Shown: in pieces, positions 1 to 9,634 of the stretch
How the letters are laid out: each line of letters opens with the position of its first letter
How positions within the stretch are numbered: position 1 is the first letter of the stretch
From: an uncultured Oscillospiraceae bacterium
GTDB lineage: Bacteria; Bacillota; Clostridia; Oscillospirales; Ruminococcaceae
DNA length: 64,000 nt
Direction: 5' to 3'
Assembly: GCA_900539195.1 (NCBI GenBank)
Contig: UQBC01000004.1
Coordinates: forward strand, 9,639 to 73,638
Translations under genes and position numbers: made by a program
The notes under the pieces: model-generated
The model's input: only the letters and a program-made list of their open reading frames with translations
Databases searched by the model: none
What the model was told of the DNA's origin: nothing

Positions 1-182
1 AAACCGCCATTTGGTAAATGGCAGCAGCGTCTGCATAGCCTATTTAACACAGGAGAAAGGCGGGACTGCATATACGGTAAATTATGCTCGGCAAAACAAT
101 GTGCAAGTGATAAACTTAGCTGCTCAATAGATGTGAAGAATGGGAAGATTGAAAAAAGTTCATCTCCGAATGGAAAGTATAC

Positions 183-210
183 TTGACATTTGCGCCCTCT
201 TTGCTATAAT
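183..210 (+). promoter_or_regulatory. sigma70-type promoter (TTGACA-16nt-TATAAT) upstream of XRE regulator
   Basis: TTGACA at ~183-188 and TATAAT at ~205-210 read directly; AAAGGAGG RBS follows at ~238-245. Confidence 0.5.
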
Positions 211-252
211 AGAGATATGGAAAGCTGGCTTTCCATAGAAAGGAGGCGCACC

Positions 253-456
253 GTGAAAAACCGTTTAGAGGAAATCCGGAAAGAACGGGGAATCAAGCAG
301 GAAGAACTGGCTGCCGCACTGGAAGTATCTCGGCAGACTATCGGCTCGTTGGAAAACGGACGATATAATCCTTCGATTATATTGGCGTTTAAGCTTGCAC
401 GGTATTTTAATATGAGTATTGAAGATATTTTTATTTACGAGGAGGGAAAGCAATGA
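253..456 (+). CDS. XRE-family (Cro/CI-type) HTH transcriptional regulator
   Basis: HTH_3 motif ELAAALEVSRQTIGSLENG; likely GTG start 6 nt after AAAGGAGG; track ORF 190..456 extends upstream into promoter. Confidence 0.75.
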   Translation: MKNRLEEIRKERGIKQEELAAALEVSRQTIGSLENGRYNPSIILAFKLARYFNMSIEDIFIYEEGKQ

Positions 457-872
457 AAAAGAAAACCGGAATGTATCTTGCAATCGGTATTATCGGCATT
501 GCTTTAGCTCTGATCGCAAAGTTTCTTTTACAGGACTATTTAAGTGATTCGCAAAGCGGAGCGATGATCGGGATAGGTGCCGGATTGTTCGGCTATGGGA
601 TTGCGAAATGGTGTGTCGGTCTGTGGGGCGCAAAAAATCCTGATTTGATGAAAATCAATGAAATTGAAGAAAAAGACGAGCGCAATCAGCTCATTCGCAG
701 CAAAGCACAGGCAATATCCGGCGAGATACTGCACTGGCTGCTGATGGCAGGCGCTTGGGTATGTATTTTTTTCGACGCACCACTATGGATTGTTCTTACT
801 CTTGTAGGCGCTTTCCTGCTTAAAACAATCCTTGATTTTATTTTGATGGCATATTACCAGCATAAGATGTGA
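453..872 (+). CDS. small integral membrane protein co-transcribed with XRE regulator (DUF2178-like)
   Basis: ATGA overlap with upstream gene; hydrophobic helices at N- and C-terminus. Confidence 0.45.
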   Translation: MKKKTGMYLAIGIIGIALALIAKFLLQDYLSDSQSGAMIGIGAGLFGYGIAKWCVGLWGAKNPDLMKINEIEEKDERNQLIRSKAQAISGEILHWLLMAGAWVCIFFDAPLWIVLTLVGAFLLKTILDFILMAYYQHKM

Positions 873-883
873 CGGAGGATATT

Positions 884-1594
884 ATGAAATTTGTAATTGA
901 GCATTTGTCAAAAAGCTTTGAGAAAAAGGAAGTCCTCAGAGATATTGATTTTACTTTTGATGAAGGGAAAATTTATGGGCTGCTCGGCAGAAACGGCGCT
1001 GGAAAAACAACGCTGTTTAACTGCCTGAACAGGGATTTGAAGGCGGATAGCGGCAATTTCTATATAGAAGATGAAAACGGCGTCCGCCGTGAGGTGTCCG
1101 CAGAGGACATCGGATATGTACTCTCTACCCCGACCGTGCCGGAGTTTCTTACAGGCAGGGAGTTTTTGAAATTCTTTATGGACATCAACGAGAAGTCTAT
1201 CAAAAATCCGAAAAGCATTGACGAGTATTTCGATTATATGAGTATTGAGCCGGAGGATAGGGATAAACTGCTCAAGGACTACTCCCACGGTATGAAAAAC
1301 AAAATGCAAATGCTCATCAATATCATCGCTCAGCCGAATATCCTGCTGCTCGACGAGCCTTTGACATCCCTTGATGTGGTTGTGGCGGAAGAAATGAAAC
1401 AACTGCTCCGTTCACTGAAACAAGACCGCATTACCATTTTCTCCACTCATATTATGGATTTGGCGCTTGACCTCTGCGATGAGATTGTGCTGCTTAATCA
1501 CGGCGAACTGGAGGTCGTGGAGAAAACCGATCTGGACAGCAGGGAATTTAAGGATAAAATCATTGCGGCACTCAGGGAGGAAGGAAATGAATAA
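884..1594 (+). CDS. ABC transporter ATP-binding protein
   Basis: Walker A GRNGAGKTT, Walker B LLLDEP, degenerate signature; GGAGG RBS before ATG 884 (track start 869 is GTG). Confidence 0.85.
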   Translation: MKFVIEHLSKSFEKKEVLRDIDFTFDEGKIYGLLGRNGAGKTTLFNCLNRDLKADSGNFYIEDENGVRREVSAEDIGYVLSTPTVPEFLTGREFLKFFMDINEKSIKNPKSIDEYFDYMSIEPEDRDKLLKDYSHGMKNKMQMLINIIAQPNILLLDEPLTSLDVVVAEEMKQLLRSLKQDRITIFSTHIMDLALDLCDEIVLLNHGELEVVEKTDLDSREFKDKIIAALREEGNE

Positions 1595-3164
1595 GACGCT
1601 TAAAATATCTTTTTCCCTGAAAAATACATACCGTGTCAACGGTGTCCTGTTTTCCTTAAAGCAGATACCGCTCGTAAAGCGGCTGCTTCCGGCAACGCTG
1701 TATCAGGTAAAGGGGCTGAAAATCTTTGCAAACATTTTGTCCGTGCTGTGGGAAATCGTTTCTGTATTCCTCGGCAAGTTCCTTTACTTTATCACGATGG
1801 TATGCGGTATCGGTATCCTTTATAACGGACTGCCGGAGAATGAGGTGTTCCTGCATATCCTGCTGATTCTCACGGTAATCGGCAGCTTTGTAAACACACA
1901 CCTTTTCAATCCGACAAAGGATAAATATTATGCGATGATCCTGATGAAAATGGACGCACGAGAATATACGCTTGTAAACTATTTCTACTCCATCCTGAAG
2001 GTCGTTGTGGGCTTTTTGCCCTTTACGATTCTGTTCGGTATGGACAGAGGCGTACCTTTGTGGTTTTGTCTGCTCCTGCCCCTTTGCATAGCGGGTATGA
2101 AGCTGTTTGCGGCGGCTGTTACCCTGTGGGATTATGAGAAAAGGGGATTTGGCTACAACGAAAATAAGCTGTCCAAATATGTGTGGTGCTGTATCGCCCT
2201 GCTTTTAGCCGCAGCCTATGCTCCGCCCGCCTTTGGTTTTGCTTTGCCTGCGGTCGTACCAATGGTTATATTTTTAGCGTGTATTCCCCTTGGTATGGCA
2301 AGTATCACAAGGCTCACTACCTTCCGTGATTATTACGCAATCAACAAGGAATTATTAGCCGGATTGACCAATCAGATGGACAGCACGGCACAGACAAAGC
2401 TTATCAAACAGGCAAATGAAAAGAAAATATCCGCAGATACTTCCATTAGCAGCAACCGCAAGGGCTTCGAGTATCTGAATGAGCTGTTTATCAAAAGGCA
2501 TAAAAAGATACTCTGGAACTCGACAAAGAAGATTTCCTATGTGTGCGCTTTCCTTGTCGCCGCCGTGCTGGCAGGCGTCTATCTGCTGCCCGAAGAAAAA
2601 ACCGTCATTAACGAAATCGTGATGACTTGGCTTCCGTACTTTGTATTTATAATGTACGCTATCAACCGTGGCACGAACTTTACACAGGCGCTTTTTATGA
2701 ACTGCGATCACAGCCTGCTGACCTATTCGTTTTATAAGCAGCCGAGCTTTATCCTGCGGTTGTTTCAGATTCGCCTGCGTGAGATTATGAAAATCAACGC
2801 TGTTCCGGCGCTCGTGATCGGTATCGGACTGGCGCTGATCCTGTTTGCCACCGGAGGGACGGACAATCCGCTGAACTATGTAGTGCTGGTTGTTTCCATC
2901 CTGTGTATGAGCCTGTTTTTCTCGATTCATTACCTGACGATTTACTATCTGCTCCAGCCTTACAATGCAGGGACGGAGCTGAAAAGCGGCACATATCGGA
3001 TTGTTTTGTCAGTAACCTATGTCGTCTGTTTTGCTCTTATGCGGCTGCGTATGCCGATTATGATATTTGGAATAATGACGATTGTTTTCTGTGTGCTTTA
3101 CAGTATTGTCGCCAGCATTTTGGTATACCGCCTTGCGCCGAAAACCTTTAGGCTGAGAACATAA
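1587..3164 (+). CDS. ABC transporter-associated multi-pass membrane permease
   Basis: ATGA-coupled to ATPase stop; ~525 aa highly hydrophobic with many predicted TM helices; track ORF 1467 start overlaps ATPase. Confidence 0.55.
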   Translation: MNKTLKISFSLKNTYRVNGVLFSLKQIPLVKRLLPATLYQVKGLKIFANILSVLWEIVSVFLGKFLYFITMVCGIGILYNGLPENEVFLHILLILTVIGSFVNTHLFNPTKDKYYAMILMKMDAREYTLVNYFYSILKVVVGFLPFTILFGMDRGVPLWFCLLLPLCIAGMKLFAAAVTLWDYEKRGFGYNENKLSKYVWCCIALLLAAAYAPPAFGFALPAVVPMVIFLACIPLGMASITRLTTFRDYYAINKELLAGLTNQMDSTAQTKLIKQANEKKISADTSISSNRKGFEYLNELFIKRHKKILWNSTKKISYVCAFLVAAVLAGVYLLPEEKTVINEIVMTWLPYFVFIMYAINRGTNFTQALFMNCDHSLLTYSFYKQPSFILRLFQIRLREIMKINAVPALVIGIGLALILFATGGTDNPLNYVVLVVSILCMSLFFSIHYLTIYYLLQPYNAGTELKSGTYRIVLSVTYVVCFALMRLRMPIMIFGIMTIVFCVLYSIVASILVYRLAPKTFRLRT

Positions 3165-3215
3165 CGGGGCGGTTTTACCGCCGGAAATCCATAAAAAGAA
3201 ACGGAGGATTTATTT

Positions 3216-3410
3216 ATGAGAAAGTGTCTCAGATGTGGAACGGAAATGAAAGAAAACTGCGCCATCAAGGTAGAAGGCGCAGGATACGGAATTGTAATGT
3301 CATCGGACGAAAATAAGCTGTTCGGCGGCAGAATCGGCAAGCCGAAGGTAGCAATCTATCCCAAGTGCGGCGAAGTCTCCATCTATGTGGAAGATGTAGA
3401 GAAGCTGTGA
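3216..3410 (+). CDS. small zinc-ribbon protein (CxxC...CxxC)
   Basis: CLRCG...CGE motif pairs. Confidence 0.4.
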   Translation: MRKCLRCGTEMKENCAIKVEGAGYGIVMSSDENKLFGGRIGKPKVAIYPKCGEVSIYVEDVEKL

Positions 3411-3432
3411 CGGTAAATGGAGGCGGTATGAA

Positions 3433-3882
3433 ATGAAAAAGATTTTATCTGTGTTTTTGATGTCATTCATCGTATTCGCTCTCTCTGCTTGCAATGCTGA
3501 TGTCGTGAAGATGGAAGATTATGAGTGGAAAATGAGAACGGTTATGAGCAATGATACGGAAGCTACCCAATATCAGGATGAACTCGTGGTTGCCGTAGGA
3601 GAAGCTGACGAGCTGTATCCTGACGCTGAAATCGTGGATATGACTTTGACTGCTAAAGATGGAGAAATCACGATAACGGATACCACAAACGGCAAGACAT
3701 ATAACGGCACTTATGAGGTAATGCAGAAAACGCCGAAGGGAACGGACTATGAGATTATCATTGATGGAGTGACCGGCTATGCTACCGTAGCTCCTACGGA
3801 ATACTATGATGGCTCAGAGATTCCAACACTACCAATCAATATAGATGGCTATTCCTTATACTTTATCCCAAATGAGTCGTAA
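3433..3882 (+). CDS. lipoprotein
   Basis: signal peptide with lipobox LSAC. Confidence 0.5.
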   Translation: MKKILSVFLMSFIVFALSACNADVVKMEDYEWKMRTVMSNDTEATQYQDELVVAVGEADELYPDAEIVDMTLTAKDGEITITDTTNGKTYNGTYEVMQKTPKGTDYEIIIDGVTGYATVAPTEYYDGSEIPTLPINIDGYSLYFIPNES

Positions 3883-3907
3883 TCTACTCAGGTTAGAGAA
3901 AGGCATA

Positions 3908-4558
3908 ATGATGAAGATCGAGATTGAAAAGGATTTTCCCCAGTATTTTAAGCCAGCCTATCCGGAAGAATTTGAGCTGTTCTCTCACTTTGAAGTAACA
4001 GCAGGAATACCGACCGTTCTCTTTGCTGTCACGACTTGGAAAGAGAACGGGAAACCGAATGTGTGCTTTCATTCGTGGAGCTGCTTTCACGGAGATAAGA
4101 CCGCTTTTTTCGCTGTGATGGGCAACCTGTATCAGCATACCCACACCTATGCCAATATCCAAAGAGAAAAATGCTTTTGCATTAATTTTCTCCCGATAAG
4201 CTGTTATGACAGGTTGGTAAATACCATTCATCAGAATGAATGGGACGATGACGAATTTGCAGCAGGAGGCTTTACTGTTTCCAACGCCAAAACCATTCAC
4301 GCACCTGCGATCAGCGAAGCGTTTCTCACGATGGAATGTACCCTGAAAGATATACAGGATTTAAGCGGTGCAGGTATTACGGCTATGGTCATCGGACAGG
4401 TACAGCACATCTCTGTGGAAGAAGCGTATGCACAAGGGTATGAATTAAGATATGGCAAGGACGGATTTATGCTGCTCGTGCCTGCGCCGCAAGACCTTGT
4501 TACCGGAGAGCCAAATCAGTCGGCGATTGCCACCGTGCATATTGAGAAATACGACTGA
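3908..4558 (+). CDS. flavin reductase-like (FMN-binding split-barrel) protein
   Basis: NVCFHSWS resembles N-x-M-T-x-SW motif of flavin reductase-like domain; ATG 3908 after RBS. Confidence 0.4.
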   Translation: MMKIEIEKDFPQYFKPAYPEEFELFSHFEVTAGIPTVLFAVTTWKENGKPNVCFHSWSCFHGDKTAFFAVMGNLYQHTHTYANIQREKCFCINFLPISCYDRLVNTIHQNEWDDDEFAAGGFTVSNAKTIHAPAISEAFLTMECTLKDIQDLSGAGITAMVIGQVQHISVEEAYAQGYELRYGKDGFMLLVPAPQDLVTGEPNQSAIATVHIEKYD

Positions 4559-4576
4559 TTTAAGGAGAGAGCAAAA

Positions 4577-4972
4577 ATGGCGGTTTCAAATATAAAAGCG
4601 CTGATCCCCGGCGAACTTCAAAAAGTGTGGGAGCTGGTGTTGAATACGGAGAATTACGCTGCTTGGAGAAGCGACTTGAGTAAAACAGAAGCGATAAGCG
4701 ACAAGCAATTTATCGAATATACCAAAAACGGCTACCCTACGACCTTTACCGTGACGCTTGTTAAGCCATACAGACGATGGGAATTTGATATGGAAAACAG
4801 CAATATGACAGGTCATTGGACTGGCATTTTCACTGCCAAAGGCGATGAAACAGAGATAGATTTTACGGAACAAGTGAAAGCGAAGAAATGGCTGCTGAAG
4901 CCTTTTGTGAAATCGTATTTGAGAAAGCAGCAGACACAGTTTGTTGCGGATATAATGAAAAATTTTTCATAA
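4577..4972 (+). CDS. SRPBCC-family (AHSA1/polyketide-cyclase-like) protein
   Basis: size and N-terminal pattern typical of SRPBCC ligand-binding fold. Confidence 0.4.
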   Translation: MAVSNIKALIPGELQKVWELVLNTENYAAWRSDLSKTEAISDKQFIEYTKNGYPTTFTVTLVKPYRRWEFDMENSNMTGHWTGIFTAKGDETEIDFTEQVKAKKWLLKPFVKSYLRKQQTQFVADIMKNFS

Positions 4973-5000
4973 AGACTTATATATAGGAAGGCGGTTTGTT

Positions 5001-5183
5001 ATGAAGAAGTATGAGTATATGACAGTTGATTTAAGCGCAGAGCCATCATTTAATGTTCATATTAAGCTGGATCGGTATATTGAGAAACTCAACGAATATG
5101 GAAAACAGGGTTGGCGTTTGATTTCCGGAACTGATGACTGGAAGTATTCGATCTTTGAGCGAGAAATTGATGATGAAGAATAA
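5001..5183 (+). CDS. DUF4177-like small protein
   Basis: 60 aa, family-like pattern. Confidence 0.35.
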   Translation: MKKYEYMTVDLSAEPSFNVHIKLDRYIEKLNEYGKQGWRLISGTDDWKYSIFEREIDDEE

Positions 5184-5204
5184 TAGACAGGAGGCGTATA
5201 ACCT

Positions 5205-5537
5205 ATGAAAGATATGATCGGATACTGCGGACTGGACTGCGAAAAATGCGACGCATACATAGCGACCGTCAATGACGATCAGGCTTTGCGGGAGAAAACT
5301 GCGAAGCTGTGGGCAGAGTTAAACAACGCCCCGATTCTTCCAGAGCATATTAACTGCGAAGGCTGCCGTATGAATGGGGCAAAAACGGTATTTTGTGATA
5401 GCCTGTGCGGGATTCGGAAGTGTGCGTTAAATAAAGGTGTTTCCACCTGCGGAGACTGCCCGGATTTAGAAACCTGCCCGACTGTTGGGGCAATCCTCGA
5501 AAATAATCCGGCTGCTTTGGATAATTTGAAAGGGTAA
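5205..5537 (+). CDS. DUF3795-like cysteine-rich protein
   Basis: GYCGLDCEKCDAY... multiple CxxC motifs. Confidence 0.45.
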   Translation: MKDMIGYCGLDCEKCDAYIATVNDDQALREKTAKLWAELNNAPILPEHINCEGCRMNGAKTVFCDSLCGIRKCALNKGVSTCGDCPDLETCPTVGAILENNPAALDNLKG

Positions 5538-5545
5538 TATACATA

Positions 5546-6169
5546 ATGGAAAATTTCATAGCACATTTGAAAGAAGTTATACCTGAAAAAGATAGTCTAA
5601 AACTCGTGAAAAAGGAAGCTGAAAATTATTACAAGCAGCATTCGCTTGATGAATGTTTCGCTACGGGATTGGAATTATATCAGTCGGAAAATTTTCAGAT
5701 ACAGGAAGTCGGTGTTTTCTTGGTAGGATATGCAGCCTGCAAAAATACAAGCGCATTATCATTTCTGAAAGATACCGTGAGTCAGCACAAAAGCTGGAAG
5801 GTGCAGGAAATTCTTGCAATGGCATTTGATAATTACTGCAAAATTATTGGATATGAAACAGCGATTCCGGTTATTAAGGAATGGCTAAAAAGTGATTGTG
5901 CTAATACAAGGAGAGCTGTATCAGAAGGATTGAGAATTTGGACAAGCCGCCCTTATTTTAAGGAGCATCCGCAGATGGCAATACAGTTTTTATCTTCTCT
6001 CAAAGATGATGAAAGCGAGTATGTACGAAAATCAATAGGAAATGCTTTGAAAGATATAAGCAAAAAATATCCTGAACTGGTTTCCAATGAACTGAAGCAA
6101 TGGGATTTATCGTCAAAAGAAATAAAACAGGTACATAAATTAGCAAGTGCTTATCTGAACAAGTCATAA
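5546..6169 (+). CDS. DNA alkylation repair enzyme-like (HEAT-repeat, AlkD-like) protein
   Basis: all-helical repeat protein with pattern similar to AlkC/AlkD family. Confidence 0.35.
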   Translation: MENFIAHLKEVIPEKDSLKLVKKEAENYYKQHSLDECFATGLELYQSENFQIQEVGVFLVGYAACKNTSALSFLKDTVSQHKSWKVQEILAMAFDNYCKIIGYETAIPVIKEWLKSDCANTRRAVSEGLRIWTSRPYFKEHPQMAIQFLSSLKDDESEYVRKSIGNALKDISKKYPELVSNELKQWDLSSKEIKQVHKLASAYLNKS

Positions 6170-6197
6170 ACAAATACTGTTATGCGGAGGGAACACA

Positions 6198-6611
6198 ATG
6201 CTTGAAAATACTCCTACTCAGTCAACTATGACTGAATTGCTCGGACAACCTTTGTTTGCAGTCTGGCAAGAGCTGTGTTCAGCGATTGATGAAAAATACG
6301 ATATGGAACGGCTATGGAATACAGGCGGTAAGAACTGGGTTTATGAATATAAGTACCGCAGAGGCGGTAAAACGCTTTGCAGTCTATATGCGAAAAAGAA
6401 TAGCCTTGGTTTTATGATTATCTTTGGAAAAGATGAAAGAGTAAAATTTGAGGAGATAAGGGAAACTCTTTCTGATCCCGTTTGCAGGCAATATGATGAA
6501 GCAACAACTTATCGTGACGGGAAATGGGTAATGTTTGAGCCGACTGATACTTATGAGTTCGATGACTATATGAAACTGTTGGCTATTAAAAGAAAGCCTA
6601 ATCGGAAATAA
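6198..6611 (+). CDS. hypothetical protein (DUF3788-like)
   Basis: ORF with RBS; no strong motif. Confidence 0.3.
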   Translation: MLENTPTQSTMTELLGQPLFAVWQELCSAIDEKYDMERLWNTGGKNWVYEYKYRRGGKTLCSLYAKKNSLGFMIIFGKDERVKFEEIRETLSDPVCRQYDEATTYRDGKWVMFEPTDTYEFDDYMKLLAIKRKPNRK

Positions 6612-6638
6612 CGATACTGTGTTTTGGAGAAAATTAGA

Positions 6639-7097
6639 ATGAAGTTGAAAAATCCTATGTTGGTAGTGACCGATATAGACAGATCAGTTGAATTTTATAA
6701 AAAAGTCTTTGGACTTCATATCATTATGGACTTTGGAGCAAATAAGACACTGACAGGTGGCTTAGCCCTGCAAACGGCTGAAACATATAAGGAATTTATT
6801 GGTACAAGTGACATTTCTTTTGGCGGCAACAACTTTGAGCTTTATTTTGAGGAAGATGACTTTGACAAGTTTGCTGATAAGCTGAAGGAATATGATATTG
6901 AATATGTCCACCCGATTATGGAACATTCTTGGGGGCAGCGAGTCGTTCGCTTCTATGATCCGGATAAGCATATTATCGAAGTCGGAGAGAATATGAAGAT
7001 CGTATGCAAGCGCTTTTTGGATAGTGGAATGACGCCGGAACAGGTTGCAAAGCGAATGGATGTACCTATGAAATTTGTTAATGCCTGTATGCGGTAA
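6639..7097 (+). CDS. VOC/glyoxalase-bleomycin resistance family protein
   Basis: N-terminal glyoxalase-fold pattern LVVTDIDRSVEFYKKVFG; ATG 6639 after GGAG RBS (track start 6624 is TTG). Confidence 0.55.
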   Translation: MKLKNPMLVVTDIDRSVEFYKKVFGLHIIMDFGANKTLTGGLALQTAETYKEFIGTSDISFGGNNFELYFEEDDFDKFADKLKEYDIEYVHPIMEHSWGQRVVRFYDPDKHIIEVGENMKIVCKRFLDSGMTPEQVAKRMDVPMKFVNACMR

Positions 7098-7128
7098 GGC
7101 TATTTTTTGACAAAGGAACGAGTAAAAT

Positions 7129-7638
7129 ATGAGCTACTCTATAAGGGAAATGCGAAAGGAAGAATATAGTCTGCTCAGTGATTTTTTGTACGAAGCAATT
7201 TATATTCCGGATGGTACGGCTGCGCCGCCTAAATCAGTGATAACTTGTCCCGAATTGCAAGTATACATTGCAGATTTTGGAAACAGCAAACACGATAAGG
7301 CTTTGATTGTAGAAGTTGACGGAAATATTGTAGGAGCAATATGGGCAAGGATTATGAACGACTACGGACATATTGATGAGAATACGCCTTCCCTTGCAAT
7401 GTCTGTTCTTAAAGCGTACAGAGGTATGGGAATTGGAACTTTGTTGCTTACACAAATGTTGTTAGCAGAAAAAGCTGCTGGTTATGCAAAGATTTCCTTA
7501 TCTGTTCAAAAGGACAATTATGCAGTGAAGTTATATCGAAAAGCGGGCTTTACAACGGTCAAAGAAACGACTGAGGAATACATTATGGTAGCTGACCTAA
7601 ATTCTATTTGCAAAATGGAGGAAGAAAATGGCTTTTGA
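7129..7638 (+). CDS. GNAT family N-acetyltransferase
   Basis: acetyl-CoA motif RGMGIGTLLL. Confidence 0.7.
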   Translation: MSYSIREMRKEEYSLLSDFLYEAIYIPDGTAAPPKSVITCPELQVYIADFGNSKHDKALIVEVDGNIVGAIWARIMNDYGHIDENTPSLAMSVLKAYRGMGIGTLLLTQMLLAEKAAGYAKISLSVQKDNYAVKLYRKAGFTTVKETTEEYIMVADLNSICKMEEENGF

Positions 7639-8263
7639 TTACAAGAAAGAATACAAGGAATTTTATATGCCGAAGAACAAGCCCGGAATTATAGAGATTC
7701 CAAAAATGAACTACATTGCAGTCCGGGGGAAAGGAAATCCTAACGAGGAAAACGGGGAGTATAAAAGCTCAATCGGCTTGTTATATGGAATAGCCTTTAC
7801 TATAAAGATGAGCTACAAGGGGACGCATAAAATCGAGGGATTTTTCGAGTATGTAGTGCCGCCCCTTGAAGGTCTTTGGTGGCAGGAAAATACGCAGGGA
7901 CTTGATTATGCAAGAAAAGAAGATATGCACTTTATCTCTATGATCCGGCTGCCGGATTTCGTAACGAAGGAAGATTTTGAGTGGGCAGTTCAGGAGGCAA
8001 CGAAAAAGAAAAAACAGGATTTTTCTAAGGTTGAGTTCTTCCCCTATGATGAGGGAATGTGCGTCCAGTGTATGCACATCGGCTCTTATGACGATGAGCC
8101 TGCCACTGTTGATTTAATGCACGACTATATGAAAGCGAATGGATACGAACTGGATATTACGGATACAAGATACCATCACGAAATCTATCTGAGCGATCCG
8201 AGAAAATGCGATGTGAGCCGATTGAAAACGGTCGTGCGCCACCCAATCCGGAAAGCGGAGTAA
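7628..8263 (+). CDS. GyrI-like small-molecule binding domain protein
   Basis: typical GyrI-like domain architecture ~210 aa. Confidence 0.55.
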   Translation: MAFDYKKEYKEFYMPKNKPGIIEIPKMNYIAVRGKGNPNEENGEYKSSIGLLYGIAFTIKMSYKGTHKIEGFFEYVVPPLEGLWWQENTQGLDYARKEDMHFISMIRLPDFVTKEDFEWAVQEATKKKKQDFSKVEFFPYDEGMCVQCMHIGSYDDEPATVDLMHDYMKANGYELDITDTRYHHEIYLSDPRKCDVSRLKTVVRHPIRKAE

Positions 8264-8275
8264 TCGGAGGTTAGT

Positions 8276-8899
8276 ATGCCAAAAGAAGTTGATCCCAAAA
8301 ATACGACAAGGGCTGCGGCGTATGCGCTTTGGATGAAAGCGCCCAATCCAATGGTCACTTTTTTCAAGACCTTTGATGTGACCAATCTGATCAAGGTCAG
8401 CAGGAAAAGAAGCTTGAAATTTAATATGCTGCTCGATTACTGTATCGGCAGAGCTGCCGTAAAGGTAAAGGAGTTTTATATCCTTCCGGTCGGCGAAAAA
8501 CTCATGCAGTATGACACCATAGCAGTCAATACCATAGTGAAAAACAAAGAGGGCGAAGTCAGCTCCTGCGACCTTTCTTATAAAGCCGAGCTAAATCAGT
8601 TCAACGAGGAGTATCTGAAATATACGGCACAGGTCGCCGCAAGCTGTCAGGACAGGGACTTATCCGAAAACAGTATGGTCATCGGCACTTCCGCCATCAT
8701 AGATACGGAAATCGACGGAGCTGTTGGTATGAACAGCGGCATTTTTAATAATCCCTTTATTATTTAGGGCAGATACAAAAAGAAATGGTTTCGGTATTAC
8801 CTGCCACTCTCTTTCCAGTTCCATCACACGCAGATGGACGGCGCACACGCAGGCGTATTTTTGAAGAACTTGCAAAACGAGATCAATCTGTTGAAATAA
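8276..8899 (+). pseudogene. cat: chloramphenicol O-acetyltransferase (CatA-type) gene disrupted by a frameshift
   Basis: frame 1 ends at TAG 8765-8767; the C-terminal CAT motif HHxxxDGxHxGxF (FQFHHTQMDGAHAGVFLKNLQ) continues in another frame to TAA ~8897-8899. Confidence 0.6.
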
Positions 8900-8923
8900 T
8901 GGCTGAAAGAAAGGAGTACGCTT

Positions 8924-9121
8924 ATGGAAGAATTGGAAGCGATTATGCAGAAATTCGCTGCATCGGGTTGGGACTTAATAGCTGTCCCGGCTCAGGAATG
9001 GCTGGACGGAAAAGCCGATAAGGATACTTTGGTATCAGCAATCAAACAGGCTGATAAAGAATGTGGGAACTGTGGATGTGAGTTAGATCCGCTGTATAAA
9101 AGAGCTATGGAGCTTCTTTAA
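8924..9121 (+). CDS. hypothetical small protein
   Basis: ORF with upstream AGGAG. Confidence 0.25.
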   Translation: MEELEAIMQKFAASGWDLIAVPAQEWLDGKADKDTLVSAIKQADKECGNCGCELDPLYKRAMELL

Positions 9122-9140
9122 TCCCATAGGAGGTATAAAT

Positions 9141-9548
9141 ATGTTAAGCTTAGAAAAAGTAAAAAACGAATTGAAAACCTTTGGTTATGAATATGCTAAC
9201 AATATTCTATGCGGACATACTAAATCTAAGGTAAAATGGGTTTTGCCAACAGGGATTGTCAATGTAATGGCATTTGAACAAGCAACATCTTATTTGTTCG
9301 GATTTAGCGATAACGGGATTAACCTGTTTCCTGTTCACGGCGATTGGGACATTGCAGACAATTTATTCATTCCGTGGAGTGAAATAACAAGTTTCAAAAT
9401 GAAAAATGGATTATTAGAAAATGAAATGATCCTGTCAACATCAGCAATGAAAATAGAAATGAAAATCAACAAAGTAGTAGCGAATAATTCGTGGGTTAAG
9501 GATAATTTGAATTATTTGAAAGCCAAGAATTATTTTTATCATCAATGA
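9141..9548 (+). CDS. hypothetical protein (AT-rich ORF)
   Basis: ORF with GGAGG RBS. Confidence 0.3.
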   Translation: MLSLEKVKNELKTFGYEYANNILCGHTKSKVKWVLPTGIVNVMAFEQATSYLFGFSDNGINLFPVHGDWDIADNLFIPWSEITSFKMKNGLLENEMILSTSAMKIEMKINKVVANNSWVKDNLNYLKAKNYFYHQ

Positions 9549-9592
9549 CTCAGGTTGAAAATCATCTAAAATGAATAAGATCATAGGTCAGA

Positions 9593-9630
9593 AAAACCGT
9601 AGGGCTTTCATTGAAGCTCTACGGTTTTTA
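9593..9630. terminator. bidirectional rho-independent terminator between convergent genes
   Basis: AAAACCGTAG...CTACGGTTTT stem flanked by A/T runs. Confidence 0.5.
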
Positions 9631-9634
9631 ACAT

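Noticed and set aside
908-1402. 164-aa antisense ORF inside the ABC ATPase gene (and similar antisense ORFs at 2355-2930, 23304-23816, 47789-48691, 51966-52688, 49764-50327)
   Set aside because: Each lies entirely within a well-supported conserved gene on the opposite strand, with no RBS or domain support. These are shadow ORFs.
1467-1586. Upstream extension of the permease ORF overlapping the ABC ATPase gene
   Set aside because: It overlaps the C-terminus of the ATPase in another frame. An ATG at 1587 with ATGA coupling gives a standard architecture.
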